Assembly: GCA_025786725.1 (NCBI GenBank)
Contig: JAHLTZ010000034.1
Coordinates: 1 to 64,000 of the forward strand
Direction of reading: 5' to 3'
Origin: Syncephalis fuscata S228
Taxonomy: Eukaryota; Fungi; Zoopagomycota
Length of the DNA: 64,000 nucleotides
Made by a program: the position numbers and the translations under genes. The notes under the pieces were generated by a model. The model was not told the DNA's origin. It saw only the letters and a list, made by a program, of their open reading frames with translations, and did no database searches. Shown here piece after piece: positions 25,852 to 39,216 of the stretch (the first letter of the stretch is position 1; every line of letters begins with the position of its first letter).

Positions 25852-27154
25852 GCTGCAAATCATTTGTTAATAAAATACTCATACTATGTGATCAATATTT
25901 TAACATTTGGTAACAATTTATTTATAATAATCCACAATGTTAACATCCAATTTTACGAGTGTATTAAATAAAGCATTTGAGCTTCTATAAATATTGTGCG
26001 TATATATATATAGTCAATAATAATTAACTTTGATAAATATTAAGCTGCAAGACATGTTATTAGTTTAGTGTAATGCCATTATACAAATCGTTAATTACAG
26101 TAAAAATAATCAAAACTAATCGCTGTAACTTCATCTAATTGTGGACTTACTAAATAAAAAATGGCAATTTTGATTCTAATGGATTACTGCCATTGTAGGA
26201 AAATGTCTCATTCTATACATGTAAAATCTACTAATCATTTGTAGCACAACTGTGTTGATATGACCTCATGATTGTCACTGCTTTGCGCCTTATTAGTACC
26301 GCCATTGGAGATAAATTTAGCAGAAGCATGACTGTATTTGGTATGGTGAACAACACTGATACAAGATAACTGTTACCATAATGATGATCCCTCTATTCGC
26401 AACCAAACTATGTTGCATAGCTAGATTCACTAAACCATTGCTTTACTTTAACCAAATAGCTTAAATTTAATTGCGTTTTTCTATTGTAACAACTGCTGTT
26501 ATTCTGCGTAATAATCTATAAATTACTGAGCAATAATTTATTGGCATTTGCCTTTAATGTTAATCAGTTAGTTCACGTGTATTCCAATTTGCCACCATGC
26601 TTATTCGTTCTACCAATAAGAGCCGGCAATGACGCCACACTTGTCTAGAATGTCGGATATTCAGTACAGCCAGTAGAGTGACCGAGTGATTCCATTATTC
26701 CGGTCCGGCTCTTGGTGTACGCAATTTTTCCTGTTGGCCCGTGAGGGTGCCAGATTAGCCTACTTTGGAAGGTACTGGTGCACCGCTGCCATTTCAAGCG
26801 TGTATTCTAGAAATTGTCCACGGATGAGGAAACACACGAACTACACTGGTGCACACTGTCTGGGCCGACTCATTATTCCGACGTCTTAATCTTCTTGCAT
26901 CACCAAAAGACCATTGTCTTGTACACGTGTCTATAGCGCCGCAAAACAATAATTCTTATTTAATTCTTGCCGTAAACGCCGCTTCATCCCTCTATTACCT
27001 CTCTTTTATTTCATTTGCCAATTATCCAACCGCTCGCTACTATTGTTGTTGTTATTGTCGTTTTTACTGCCTACTATCCGGCATTATTTACTATATTGAC
27101 GTCTTTTTTTAATTTTTACTAAACTACACGCTGCAATTGATTAATTTTATTAAA

Positions 27155-28074
27155 ATGCTCTGCATTGGAACCATAGCACCAGGTTGGTTATAATAATAGT
27201 TCAATTTTAACAATCACAAACCGCTTTATATCTAGACTTTGAAGCTGATACAACTAAAGGTCGGCTTCGTTTTTATGATTACATCGAAGGATCATGGAGT
27301 ATTCTCTATGCACATCCAATGGATTTTAGTAAGTTGATATGCTTAAACGACTAACCGCTAGCACTAATCGATCAATAAACAAACAAATAAATAGCGCCTG
27401 TATGTACTACTGAACTAGTGGCAGTAGCATTACTTGCACCAGAGATGCAGGCTTTAAATTGCAAACTTATGGGCATTAGCGTTGACAGTGTGGAGTCACA
27501 CTGGGAGTGGATACGCGACATTGAAGAGATTATGCAAGAGGGCAAATTTAACTGTCCTGTTGTAAGTAGATCAAATAACTAACTGTAATAATCATTACTT
27601 ACTCATTAAATAATGAAACGCCAGGTTGGCGATAGCTCGTGTGAAGTTGCATTACTTTACGATATGCTTGATCAGCCTCGAGAAAATGGTCGACGTGCAA
27701 CACCTTTTGAGGCCAATTTTACACTACGTTCCGTTTATATTATCGATCCACAAAAGCGTATCCGCGCCACCATCAGTTATCCAGCCAGCTGTGGTAGAAA
27801 CTTTGACGAAGTATTACGTATATTAACGGCACTTCAGCTTGAAGAACAATACAATGTACATACACCAGCCGATTGGGACTTTAATGAGCGAGGTAAACAC
27901 ATGTTAGAAATTTACTACACATTTGGCTTACATTTTAGCAATAATAGTACTAGTACCAAAAGATGTGTCTCAGAGGAGGCTACCAAGCAACTTGGTGAGA
28001 TAAAATCTGATGTAGTGCCTTATATGCGATGGGCCGAATGTCCCAAAAAAAGGGATAATATTGCAGACTTTTAA
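27155..28074 (+). CDS. Divergent second 1-Cys peroxiredoxin paralog
   Basis: MLCIGTIAP|DFEADTTKG, YAHPMDFTPVCTTELV, YPASCGRNFDEVLR. About four introns; apparent 1-nt deletion near 27970. Confidence 0.85.
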
Positions 28075-28397
28075 ATATTTTAACCTCTTTTCAATAAATG
28101 TTTATATCATTGCTTTATTTTGGTTATCTTTAGTCGCTTTGCGCCACTTTCTAAACAACACAATTAGACTAAACACAAACTAGACACAGTTTAGTTTAAT
28201 TTATTAAACCATTTGTATTGATTACACTGATGAAACTCATTTAAATCTAAACAATAGTTTACAATGTACAAATATTATCTATAAAAATGCCAATAATTAT
28301 TAAGCTAAATATTACATACTATATAAATTTAAACACAGATGGTATAATAGAAATGCAACATATCAATGGCTAGTATGAATTTATTATTCGTGCTATT

Positions 28398-30339
28398 TTA
28401 TACCATGCTAGTTTCTTCTTTATCTACCTCATCGCCATAGTCTATACGCTGATGGCAACGCATTACCTCGTCAGCCCAATCAAGGCGAAGAATCATCCAC
28501 ACTTCGCCGATAGACACAATGAAGAGAGCAGAGCACAGTCCCCACCAAAGGCCGGCCAAGCCCATGTGCATTCTGAATGCCAAATAAAGACCAAGTGGAA
28601 AACAGATTGCATAATAACCAAACAAGGTCAAATAAGCACCAAAGTGTTGTTGGCCAGCTCCGCGCAATACACCGCCGCAAATACCACCAAAAACGTCGCC
28701 AATCTGGAACAGCGCGACAATAGGAAGGACTTTGCTAACTAGTTCTACTACCTCAGGATCATTGTTGAACAGAAGACCCCATTGGCCCTTAAATATAAGA
28801 AGAAGCAGTGTGTTGAAGGTCGCAACGCAAGCCGCCAGCAATAGCGCGCTGTTGCAGGCAAGATGGGCACGATTGTCGTTTTTCGCGCCTAACTCATTAC
28901 CGATTCGATTGGCAACGGTAATGCTAATACCTGTTAGAGTCACCGTTAAATTAGTTACGATTTATGGTATATTGCAGATACAACATACCAGATGGGATCA
29001 TGTATAAGATGGCAACCGTGGTCAGTACAATACTTTGCGCCGCTAACGATATTGTGCCTAGATAGCCGGCAGCCAAAGCAACTATTTCGAATGCCCACCA
29101 CTCGCTGCAAATCAATCCTACACCGGCAAGACCAAGTTTAATAAACTGGCCCCATCCACGGAACGCTTCGCGCGAAAATCCGCCCCAGCATTTGCCGCCA
29201 CCAATGTAGCGCACATACATAATAGACAGGCCGAAATTAAACCAGTGCGTTATTGCTATAGCAATTGGCGCACCAATAAAGCCCACTGCCATGGGAGGCC
29301 ACCAAATAAGTAAGTAGTTGAGAATTGCGTTGAAAGGACTTGTGATCATTAGAATATAAGTACCGGCATCCATAATACCTTATGTTACAACAGATTGGTT
29401 AGCTACCAGGCTATCGTGCTTATCAATGGCCTACCTTGCGCCTGCAAATAACGTTTCATACACTCAAACATAAAATACGGAACAAGAGCCGGTAGAGCCC
29501 ACCGGGTGAAAGCACCGCTAAGTACTGATAGTTCAGGACTTTGGCCCAAGTACAAAAGAATGCTTTCGGCATGCCACCAACTAACACCGATGGGCAGCGT
29601 TATTAAAAACATAATAAGCATGGCGCGCTGTAAATAGACACCAAGGGCATAAGAGTCTTTGCTAGCTGTATATGACTGACTACCAAGTGTATCTAGGGCT
29701 GTAGCCATACCATTGGCCACGGCCCAGCCGGTCACCGAGATATACATAGAGCCTAGAGCCGCTGCTGCTAATTCCAACGCACCCTTATGGCCAAGCGCAA
29801 ATACACAAGCAATATCAATTGATTTTTGTAACAAATATGCTACTACCACCGGACTGGCCAATCGTGCCATTGAGCCGAGTTCCTTTAGTACAGCACCTGG
29901 CTGTTTAATTTCCTCCAGCGTAAGATCACTCGAACCATGCGCATCCTCGATTAGTCTTTCGCTTTCGTTGGTCTTTGTGCAGATATACAATCAACGATTT
30001 TGTTGATTCATTCCAATTAATGTAGCAATCAATTAGTTATTATTACGCAATATAAATACAACATACCCAATCTTGCAAATATTGTTTTGAGTGGGTCTCA
30101 CTAGTTTCTTGCGATTTATAAAACTCAGTTGATATAACTTCTTCATAAATCCTGGTATGGGAAGATACGTTGCTGCGAAAACGTGCCGATTCTGAGCTAT
30201 CGCTTATTTCGTTATATAAAGTGGCAGTAGACGCGCATTGTATTGTTTTCTTATCATCCACTGGTGAACTATTCCGGCTAGATACAAGTCCGTTAGGTGC
30301 AGGCTGCTGACCATTGGGCGAAACGTTGGCCGAGTCCAT
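28398..30339 (-). CDS. MATE family multidrug/toxin efflux transporter (Erc1-like), 4 exons
   Basis: LELAAAALG, ATALDTLGSQSY, KRYLQAQG, CSEWWAFEI, RIGNELGA, GGVLRGAGQQ, GLAGLWWGL. Confidence 0.93.
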
Positions 30340-31601
30340 TGTTTTTGTTGCTAAATGAATATGTATTGCTGTGTTATTTACACGCTTGTTTTTATACAGT
30401 TACTAATAACTCCACACATATAATAATAACACGCCGTAATAAGCTTATGAATAATATCCTTAAATGACAATAAATAGCTAAACTGTTGTAATTGAGGCGA
30501 GGAGAAGTGCAACAAAAAGAAAAGCGTCGTAAGTAGCTCTATGTTGTCGTTATTGTTACTTATTCGTCTTTGATGACGCATTGGTACTACATCTTATTTA
30601 CAAAACAGGTTTGGCTGTTACGTCTTCACATTGATTGATTTATATAAATGTCACGAGAAGACGACAATTTTAAATAGTATTCCGCTTGGAATAAGATAGC
30701 CATTACTGTTCTTTTGTCGATGTACATGAAACAAAAGACTAGCATTTTGCAATTATTGAATGGCCTTTGAACGGACCTTGTAGATTTTTTTTACAAAAAT
30801 AGATTTTGATTAATTGAGGCTACAAACTGTATTCATGCCACATCACAAATGACCGCAATTTTATTATAGCAAAAAACAACGCCTTTTTCTCTTCTTCTTA
30901 GTCTATAGATTTATAGCAACATACTATTACTGCTTTGAATATTACAATTGCCATTAAAATGTAGGAGCTACTGTACTTTAACTCTCACATCTTTATTTAA
31001 TCATTTCACTCCAGTTTTAAATACAATTAAACATTCACTCATCACTATAACGTGTATAATATTGCATCCAACGTTAATTAATTCATGTTTAATTAGCAAT
31101 ACAATAATGCAATTAAATATGCACATTACGGTATTAGTTGAAGTTGAAATAACATTTAATAAAATAAAAGGCTTTTACATTGAATTGTTGAATATCTTTG
31201 TTGAAATGGTCTACAAGTATAAAAAGAATAAAATAATTGCAATTATTGAATATAATTACTATAATATGCAAATGTGGTTCAAGTAAACAGAAACAAAATA
31301 GAAAAGAAGTAAATCATATAACAGTTTGATGTGCAGTATGACAAACAGGTAACGGAAGTAATGAGGAACGATATGGAATTGTGATCATATGGCTTCTATT
31401 AATACTCGATCAATCTTTCTACACATGGCCAACAACAATGATCAGTCTTAAATTTTTCAAATAAATCAAATAGTATGTTACATTATGTATTTAAATATTT
31501 AAAATAACAGCTACTAATACAATGTTCTGTTTGTGCTTTTATTCCAAAAGGCCATACAATTTTATGCATGGGCCTAATAGCAATATGCCATAGGCAACAT
31601 T

Positions 31602-31664
31602 GGCCTTTTGACCTTTTGACCTTTTGGCCTTTTGATCTTTTGGCCTTTTGGCCTTTTGACCTTT
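31602..31664. repeat. Tandem array of eight 8-bp units G(G/A)(C/T)CTTTT in a promoter
   Basis: ggcctttt gacctttt gacctttt ggcctttt gatctttt ggcctttt ggcctttt gaccttt; one inverted copy at 31545-31554; TATTTAAA immediately downstream. Confidence 0.9.
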
Positions 31665-31765
31665 CATTTTATTTAAACCACAAGCATTAGCATTGGGCAT
31701 TCAGCAAAGTACTATTCTCTCTTTATTGCTTTTCATTTCCTTCAAAATTTCACCTTGCATTTGTC

Positions 31766-32427
31766 ATGATAGCCTTAAACCGACCCTCCGCCGTTCTTTG
31801 GGGCAGCCTTTTGGTTCTTTTTCTGAATAGCCAGGTAAGTACTAAAAACTATTTATCTCTGCAAGCTTATTGAAGTTTTCATTCTAGTATACGGCTGCGG
31901 AACATCTTACCTACACCATTAATCCTCACAGTCTAGATGGAATTTGTGTAGACAAGCCATATAGCTATGTTGCGTATAACGTTACGGCAACTAACCAATT
32001 ACAACAAGCGGCTGGTGTCTACCTAATGCCAAAGGACACCTTTGATAGCATTCGCTTGGCGGGACAAGACGCCAACGCTACAATGGCAGCAACACGTTAT
32101 GACAAGCTCAACTCTTGTCCAGGCGATGCAAAATCTACCATGAATCATTGCTATATTGGATTGGATAAAGCCAGACAAATGGCAACATCTACTATCGGAA
32201 GTTGCATTGCAATCAATAATACACATTCTGCACAGCAAGCCACATTTGAAATAACGTACGCATTTGGCGATACACCAAATATTAACGTTCAAAATACCAA
32301 AGTATTGGGAACACCAAACACAAACGGCGCTAAGGATGAGAAAACCAATTCCGCCTCCAATGATACTGCAAGACTATTAATGACGTCAACTCTTGGTCTT
32401 TTAGTTATAATGTCAGTATTGCTATAA
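31766..32427 (+). CDS. Small secreted, probably GPI-anchored protein (~200 aa, 4 Cys)
   Basis: Hydrophobic N-terminus MIALNRPSAVLWGSLLVLFLNSQ, intron ~31835-31887, then in frame with ORF 32026-32427. Ends NSA..LLMTSTLGLLVIMSVLL (omega site plus hydrophobic tail). Confidence 0.78.
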
Positions 32428-32761
32428 CAAAGCTCAAGAAGCTATTTAGAATTGTCATGAAAATAGCATAATATTGACATGATTATACTAATTTAACAAA
32501 TTGCAAATAAAATCTATTTTAACAGAATGAGATTGTATTAATAGCGATTAGAAATTCAAACAAAGAAAACATTAAAATTAATTAAAATAAATACTTCAAT
32601 ACTCCACAGTACGTTCTGGGATATTATTAAAATAACAACAATACAGTTTATGCTATATAGCATGGCCGTTCAAAATAATTGTTTGCAAAAAGATGCTTGT
32701 TTAGAATAGCTTAAAGAGTATTTACATTGCTTGATAATAGTGAATATGACTAGTTGTAAAA

Positions 32762-33760
32762 TCAACTATTTTCTTTGGGCGGTCCTGATTTGGCAGTCGC
32801 AATTTGTGAAATAACCATAAGGTTTTCGGTATTTGGACGATTTGATAGCTTAGATGTTTGTCGCATACTTTGGCAATGATATATTAAAACTTTAGAAATA
32901 ACCAGCCTATAATGTGTGTAAGCTTAGGATACAAATAAAATTAGCACTTACCAATTTACAACAAAAAACAGCTGTGAAAACTGCTTGCCTACTTCGAGCA
33001 CAATCATTGTAATACAAATTACATTGCACAAAACTGCCCATATCATTGTTTGTACACCGTCATGCGCCAGCCGTTTCCATGCTTCCGATCCAAATGTGCG
33101 GTATTGTTGGTATGCCACGCGAATAAATATACATGAAAATAGTATATTGAGGGGAAGTTCTGTGCCAAACCAATAATACGGTAGAAATGTTGGATAGTTG
33201 AATACACAGCCAAGTGCTGGATCAAGTGTCATTATTGTTGTTGCCCACGAATAATAGATATAGCCAGTCTGTGGCAACATAAGCCCAAAGCCAACAATTA
33301 ACACCCAACGCTGTCGACACTGAACAAGATATGCTTTTTGCAACATAATAGCACTGTTACAAATCGCTGCCGTCAGTAGACATACGTTAGCATACCATGC
33401 AAATATACGGCAGTTAATGCCAACGGAAAATAAGCTAAACGCCATAAATAGTCCAAATATCACTCCAAGCAGTGCCGGTATTGTGCATAGCCAACTAGAT
33501 ACGGCGCGTGGCCGATGAATAACCAACTTGGACGCATGTACAAGATTGACTGAAAACATGTACAATATAAACATATTAGGAACGAGCTGTGCATAAAAGC
33601 CAAACAGTCGATGTCGTATTTCATTTATATCATCGGGCGTTTGAAGTATATAATCCATGGCATCCATTTCACCAAGTGGATGAAGTGGAATTCCCCACAA
33701 GTGGGTAGCGTTCTTTTCCCATCCTGATATAATTATTTTGCTTTTGTCGATATTTGGCAT
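32762..33760 (-). CDS. GPCR-like 7TM protein, copy A (317 aa)
   Basis: Exon 1 33760-32952, intron 32951-32907, exon 2 to TGA 32762. Seven hydrophobic segments; Cys at the top of TM3 (NCR) and in ECL2 (LGC). Tail ends ...SQIATAKSGPPKENS. Confidence 0.85.
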
Positions 33761-33993
33761 AGTGACAGGCGTTCTATACTACAATTTATATTATTAATAT
33801 TATATTGAGAGCGCGGTAATTGAGTAAAGAGATGGCTGGGATAAAATGGGGTGTTTGTAGCTGTTGTGCTTGGAAAATCCTGCTCTTATGTGGTCTATCG
33901 TGCATAACAGAAACCTGCTGCACCGTTTGCCTTAGCTTTCCAATAGTCGTTACATCCTTGTACTAAATTAAATATGCGATAAACTAGTTTTTG
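32899..33993 (-). repeat. Left arm of a 1095-bp inverted repeat (partner 51532-52626)
   Basis: Hand comparison found 4 mismatches. Covers ~230 bp upstream, exon 1, the intron and 8 nt of exon 2. Confidence 0.93.
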
Positions 33994-34800
33994 ACATATT
34001 TGTACTCTGAGCAAAAATAACAGAATTATGAAATACTTTATAGTTGGTTCATTAGTATCATTAGAATTAATAAGAGCACAACATTAAAAGCTGTATATAC
34101 TGTTGTTTAGTAATACAGGCATAAACTACTAAATTTAGATATGCAATAGTGCAATAATAGGTGTATTTGATGCTTTGGTATATTCAGACTTATTTTGTGC
34201 AAAGTCAATGAATGTTGACTGCTATCGATGGTCTAGATTTCCAAACAGGTTTTTTATGATAAAAGTAATAGCCATGATTGGTGGGTCCCAGTACAAGACA
34301 AAGCAGTTCATCAATATACTAAACTACTGCTAACATCACATGCCTTGAAAGTATTCTAGACTTTTGAACTTATTAAAGCACAAGTTCATTATGTGTTTTA
34401 ATTAGACAAATACAGTGAAGACGCATATTTTAAATCGTCATTTATCTACCCTTGGCTATTTTGTATTAGCGGCCTTGGTATACAAAATAATCCAATAAGT
34501 ATTAGTCAGCTTGACAAGATTGGAGTGGCTTGATGTATAATTTCTTGTTCTTATGTGTTTTAAATAAAGGTCTAGACCGAGTATTTTATTTCTTTGGATA
34601 ATAGTTGCCTTGATAGAGTTGGCAATTGAAGCCCAAGCAAATATATTAAACAAAAGCAGTGGTCTTTCCAGTACTTACCATTTACTACTACAATCGAAGT
34701 TATTAAGCGTATTCATTATAATGTATATTGCATTAAATATTTTACGAAAACTAATCATTTACTGAATTATTAATATTAATATATATTTAATTAGTCGGAT

Positions 34801-35791
34801 TCACAAGGCAGAGTTGGCGGTCTCAATATTTGATAAATGCGCAAAATGATAAGTGTTTGGACGATTTGATAGTTTAGTTGACCGTCGCATACATTGACAA
34901 TGGTATATTAAAATCTTTGATGTGACTAGCCTATCAATTTAGTAAATATCGTAATATATACATATATAAATGCATTTCTTACCAATTTATGAGAAAAAAT
35001 AATTGTGAAAACTGCTTGCCTACTTCAAATACAATCATAGTAATGCAAATTACATTGCACAAAACTACCCATATCATTGTTTGTACACCATCGTGCGCTA
35101 GTTGCTTCCATGCTTCAGACCCGAATATGCAGTATTGCTTGTAAGCCACACGAATAAATATACATGAAAATAGTATATTGAGGGGAAGTTCTGTGCCAAA
35201 CCAATAATACGGTAGAAATGTTGGATAGTTGAATACACAGCCAAGTGCTGGATCAAGTGTCATTATTGTTGTTGCCCACGAATAATAGATATAGCCAGTC
35301 TGTGGCAACATAAGCCCAAAGCCAACAATTAACACCCAACGCTGTCGACACTGAACAAGATATGCTTTTTGCAACATAATAGCACTGTTACAAATCGCTG
35401 CCGTCAGTAGACATACGTTAGCATACCATGCAAATATACGGCAGTTAATGCCAACGGAAAATAAGCTAAACGCCATAAATAGTCCAAATATCACTCCAAG
35501 CAGTGCTGGTATTGTGCATAGCCAACTAGATATGGCGCGTGGCCGATGAATAACCAACTTGGACGCATGTACAAGATTGACTGAAAACATGTACAATATA
35601 AACATATTAGGAACGAGCTGTGCATAAAAGCCAAACAGTCGATGTCGTATTTCATTTATATCATCGGGCGTTTGAAGTATATAATCCATGGCATCCATTT
35701 CACCAAGTGGATGAAGTGGAATTCCCCACAAGTGGGTAGCGTTCTTTTCCCATCCTGATATAATTATATTACTCTTATTAATATTTGGCAT
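34801..35791 (-). CDS. GPCR-like 7TM protein, copy B (312 aa), mosaic
   Basis: Exon 1 35791-34983, own intron 34982-34931, exon 2 to TGA 34801. Tail ends ...YHFAHLSNIETANSAL. Confidence 0.85.
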
Positions 35792-36868
35792 TCTGTATTT
35801 AAATTGATGTAATAATTAAAATAAAATAATGGGTGCAATTATACAGAAACAGGGAATTAACAAGGAGTGTAAAAAAGGTTAATAATACTTTATAAATTTG
35901 TCCTGAACTGTTACAGTTAAGTACGCGCAAATGGGGAATATGCATGGCAAACAGGTTACTTCGCTGTACATAGCGTAGTTTAGGTAAATAGTCAATTATA
36001 ATTGAGAATACAACAAAGTAAAGTTACTTATTTAAAATCAACTAAATAAACATTTAAATTTGCCAAAAAAAAACAATGTAAACGCCAACCGTCTAGTTGT
36101 ATATAGCTTTAGTATCTGGCAACAATGAGGTAGTAGTTGCAAAGCGCTGTCTTGTACATGCAGCCTTGCAGCAAATGTCTACCCATTGGTCTAGACCCAA
36201 GCGCTGTGCAACCGTTGCTTTGATCACTCGTTGAATTAGCAGTGGCGCGCCATCATGCGTCACCAACAGCATACCTCGGGTAATAATGGCCAAGTCTATG
36301 CTTGTGCCTTAGAATGGTAGAGATTGTCGTAGTACCCATGTTTGTTGAACATAGATTTGCTCGTTGTTTAGTTCCATACAATTGAGAAGGCTGCATCAAT
36401 GTGCATAGCTATCCATGCAACTATAGATGTATTTAAATGAATAAATGATCTATTTTTACTTTGTAAATAAATTGTATATAATTCATGCTATATAATTAAA
36501 ATTTAATAACTGTTAACAATGCTGTGTTATTAAATTAGCCATCATAACAATGAGATTTATTGAATTTATAAACTAAACACTATTTTCCAATGCAAATAAT
36601 AACAACACATTTGCTTCTATTGTGGATCGATGTTCTTTCTGTGGATTTTGAATCACAGTTTTAATTTTGACAGTTTATTAATGATGCATGTTTGCATTAC
36701 AGACAGCATCACTGTTATCATCGTCAGCATCATCATTGCTGTCGCTCGTGGTCGCGTATCGTTTCAGCAGTTAATATCGCTTGTCTGCATTTGTCTTTCG
36801 TTGATCCTACATCCTACTGCGCTGATCTAAATACGTGTACGTAAAAGTCTCTTTCTCGCTCTGTCATC

Positions 36869-38915
36869 ATGTCACGTCCTGGTCCAATGGTAAGTGTCTG
36901 ACGATCTACAACAATCTGTATATTCCAGCGTTGTTGATGATATGCTGATGTCATATTTTTGTCAATAGCAACCGCAGATCATTCTGCTTAAAGAGGGCAC
37001 AGATACGTCTCAGGGACGTGGTCAGCTTCTATCCAACATCAATGCCTGTCTAGCTGTATGCGATACTGTCCGCACGACGCTAGGTCCTCGTGGTATGGAC
37101 AAATTGATGGTGGATGGCAAAGGTTAGTGTCTTTTAATTGCAAACGTACATATATGCTATGGATTGACACCGTTGTAAATAGGACAAGTTACTATTTCCA
37201 ATGATGGTGCCACTATCATGAAGCTATTAGACGTTATACAGCCAGCGGCAAAAACTCTAGTCGATATTGCGCGTTCGCAGGATGCTGAGGTAAGCAGTGT
37301 GATTTAAACTAGTCTATATGCTTAGTCGTATGTAGGTTGGTGATGGCACCACCAGTGTCGTTTTATTGGCCGGCGAATTTCTCAAGGAAGTCAAAAGCTT
37401 TATTGAAGAGGGTGTCAGCCCACATGTATTAATTACAGGCTTCCGTCGTGCTGCCCATTTGGTAAGTTTATCATTAAATATTGCAATGTGTGGCGACGAT
37501 GATGGCATGGGCATTTACAGCAATATTAATAACGCTTGCACTAGACAACAAATAAGATCAAGGAGCTTGCCGTGTCTATCGATTATAACGATGAGGCGTG
37601 AGTTGATAAAAGTCATTCATTGTTTTTTCTTCAGCTAATTATGCATAATAGTGCATTCCGCGACCTTTTGGAAAAGTGCGCAAGTACCGCCATGTCGTCT
37701 AAACTTATCCACTCTCATAAAGATTTTTTCAAGAAGATGGTCGTTGACGCCGTGTTCCATCTTGATCGTGAAGAGTTGAACGAGCGTATGATTGGTATCA
37801 AAAAGGTTCCAGGTGGTGCATTGGAGGTATGATACATTAGATAATGCTATATTAGCTATTAAATGTTACTTTATTTGTAGGATTCAATGCTAGTTGATGG
37901 CGTGGCATTCAAGAAGACTTTTTCGTATGCAGGTTTTGAGCAACAGCCAAAGTTGTTTGATAATCCCAAGATTCTTTGCTTGAATGTCGAGCTTGAATTA
38001 AAGGCGGAAAGAGATAATGCCGAAGTACGTGTGGAGCAGGTGCAAGACTACCAAGCCATTGTGGATGCCGAATGGACAATTATCTACAACAAATTAGAGG
38101 CTATTGTCAAGACTGGCGCCAAAGTTGTATTGTCACGTCTACCTATCGGCGATTTGGCTACTCAATATTTTGCCGATCGTGACATTTTCTGCGCAGGTCG
38201 TGTTGAATCCTTGGATTTGAAGCGCGTTGTAGAAGCAGTTGGTGGCCAGGTTCAGTCTACATGCTCTGATTTGGATCCAGAGAAGCATCTTGGTACTTGT
38301 GCTCGTTTTGAAGAACGCCAGATTGGCGGAGAGCGCTTCAATCTATTTACTGGTTGTCCACGTGCCAAAACTTGCACTTTAGTGCTACGAGGTGGTGCCG
38401 AGCAGTTTATTGCTGAGGTAGAGCGCAGTCTGCACGATGCAATCATGGTAGTACGCCGCACGGTAAAGCATCATACTGTGGTGGCTGGTGGTGGCGCCGT
38501 GGAAATGGAACTATCGCGCTATCTACGCGAACATGCTCGTACCATCCATGGTAAGCAGCAGCTAGTAATTGGTGCCTTTGCACGTGCTCTTGAAGTGATT
38601 CCACGTCAGCTTTGTGACAATGCTGGCTTTGATGCCACCGATATTCTTACTCGATTGCGGCAAAAACACGCCCAAGGTGGCACATGGTTTGGTGTTGATG
38701 TTAACAACGAAAGCATCACCGACAACTATGAGGCACACGTTTGGGAACCGGCTATGATGAAGGTGAACGCCATCTCTGCTGCTGCTGAAGCAGCTTGTCT
38801 CGTTCTGTCCGTCGATGAAACTATTCGAGGTCCACAGGCTCAACAGTCAGCCACCGCTTCTCAGCCTGCACCAGCGCCGTACGCAGGACGTGGACGTGGA
38901 CGCGGACGCCGCTAG
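36869..38915 (+). CDS. CCT7: T-complex protein 1 subunit eta (chaperonin CCT)
   Basis: [50 protein letters not shown]-terminal GRGRGRGRR. Confidence 0.96.
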
Positions 38916-39216
38916 TTTGCGAAGTTGTTTACGTGATTGAAAACTGATGAATATCAAAGTAAAATATTCAAATAGTCTATTATTTTTGTATTATTGCGTT
39001 AAATGATTTATTGTTTGAACTGATACGTGGATTATATCTATAATCTAATATTTAAAACTAATCACATGGTTAGTATGATTCGTACTAACATATTTATAAC
39101 TGCGTACAATATGTATTATCGTTTGGATGAACATGCATTATAGTGTTCAGTGATTTACAACTTCTATTAATTAAAATTAGTTAAATATACCTAATTCTTA
39201 AACCTTTCATTAAATT

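Noticed and set aside
26715-26760. Sm-site-like AATTTTT followed by a GC hairpin (snRNA?)
   Set aside because: Sm consensus incomplete and no recognisable snRNA 5' sequence; more likely promoter DNA.
31602-31664. CRISPR-like or telomeric array
   Set aside because: Contiguous 8-bp units without spacers, eukaryotic context, no cas genes, not a known telomere unit.
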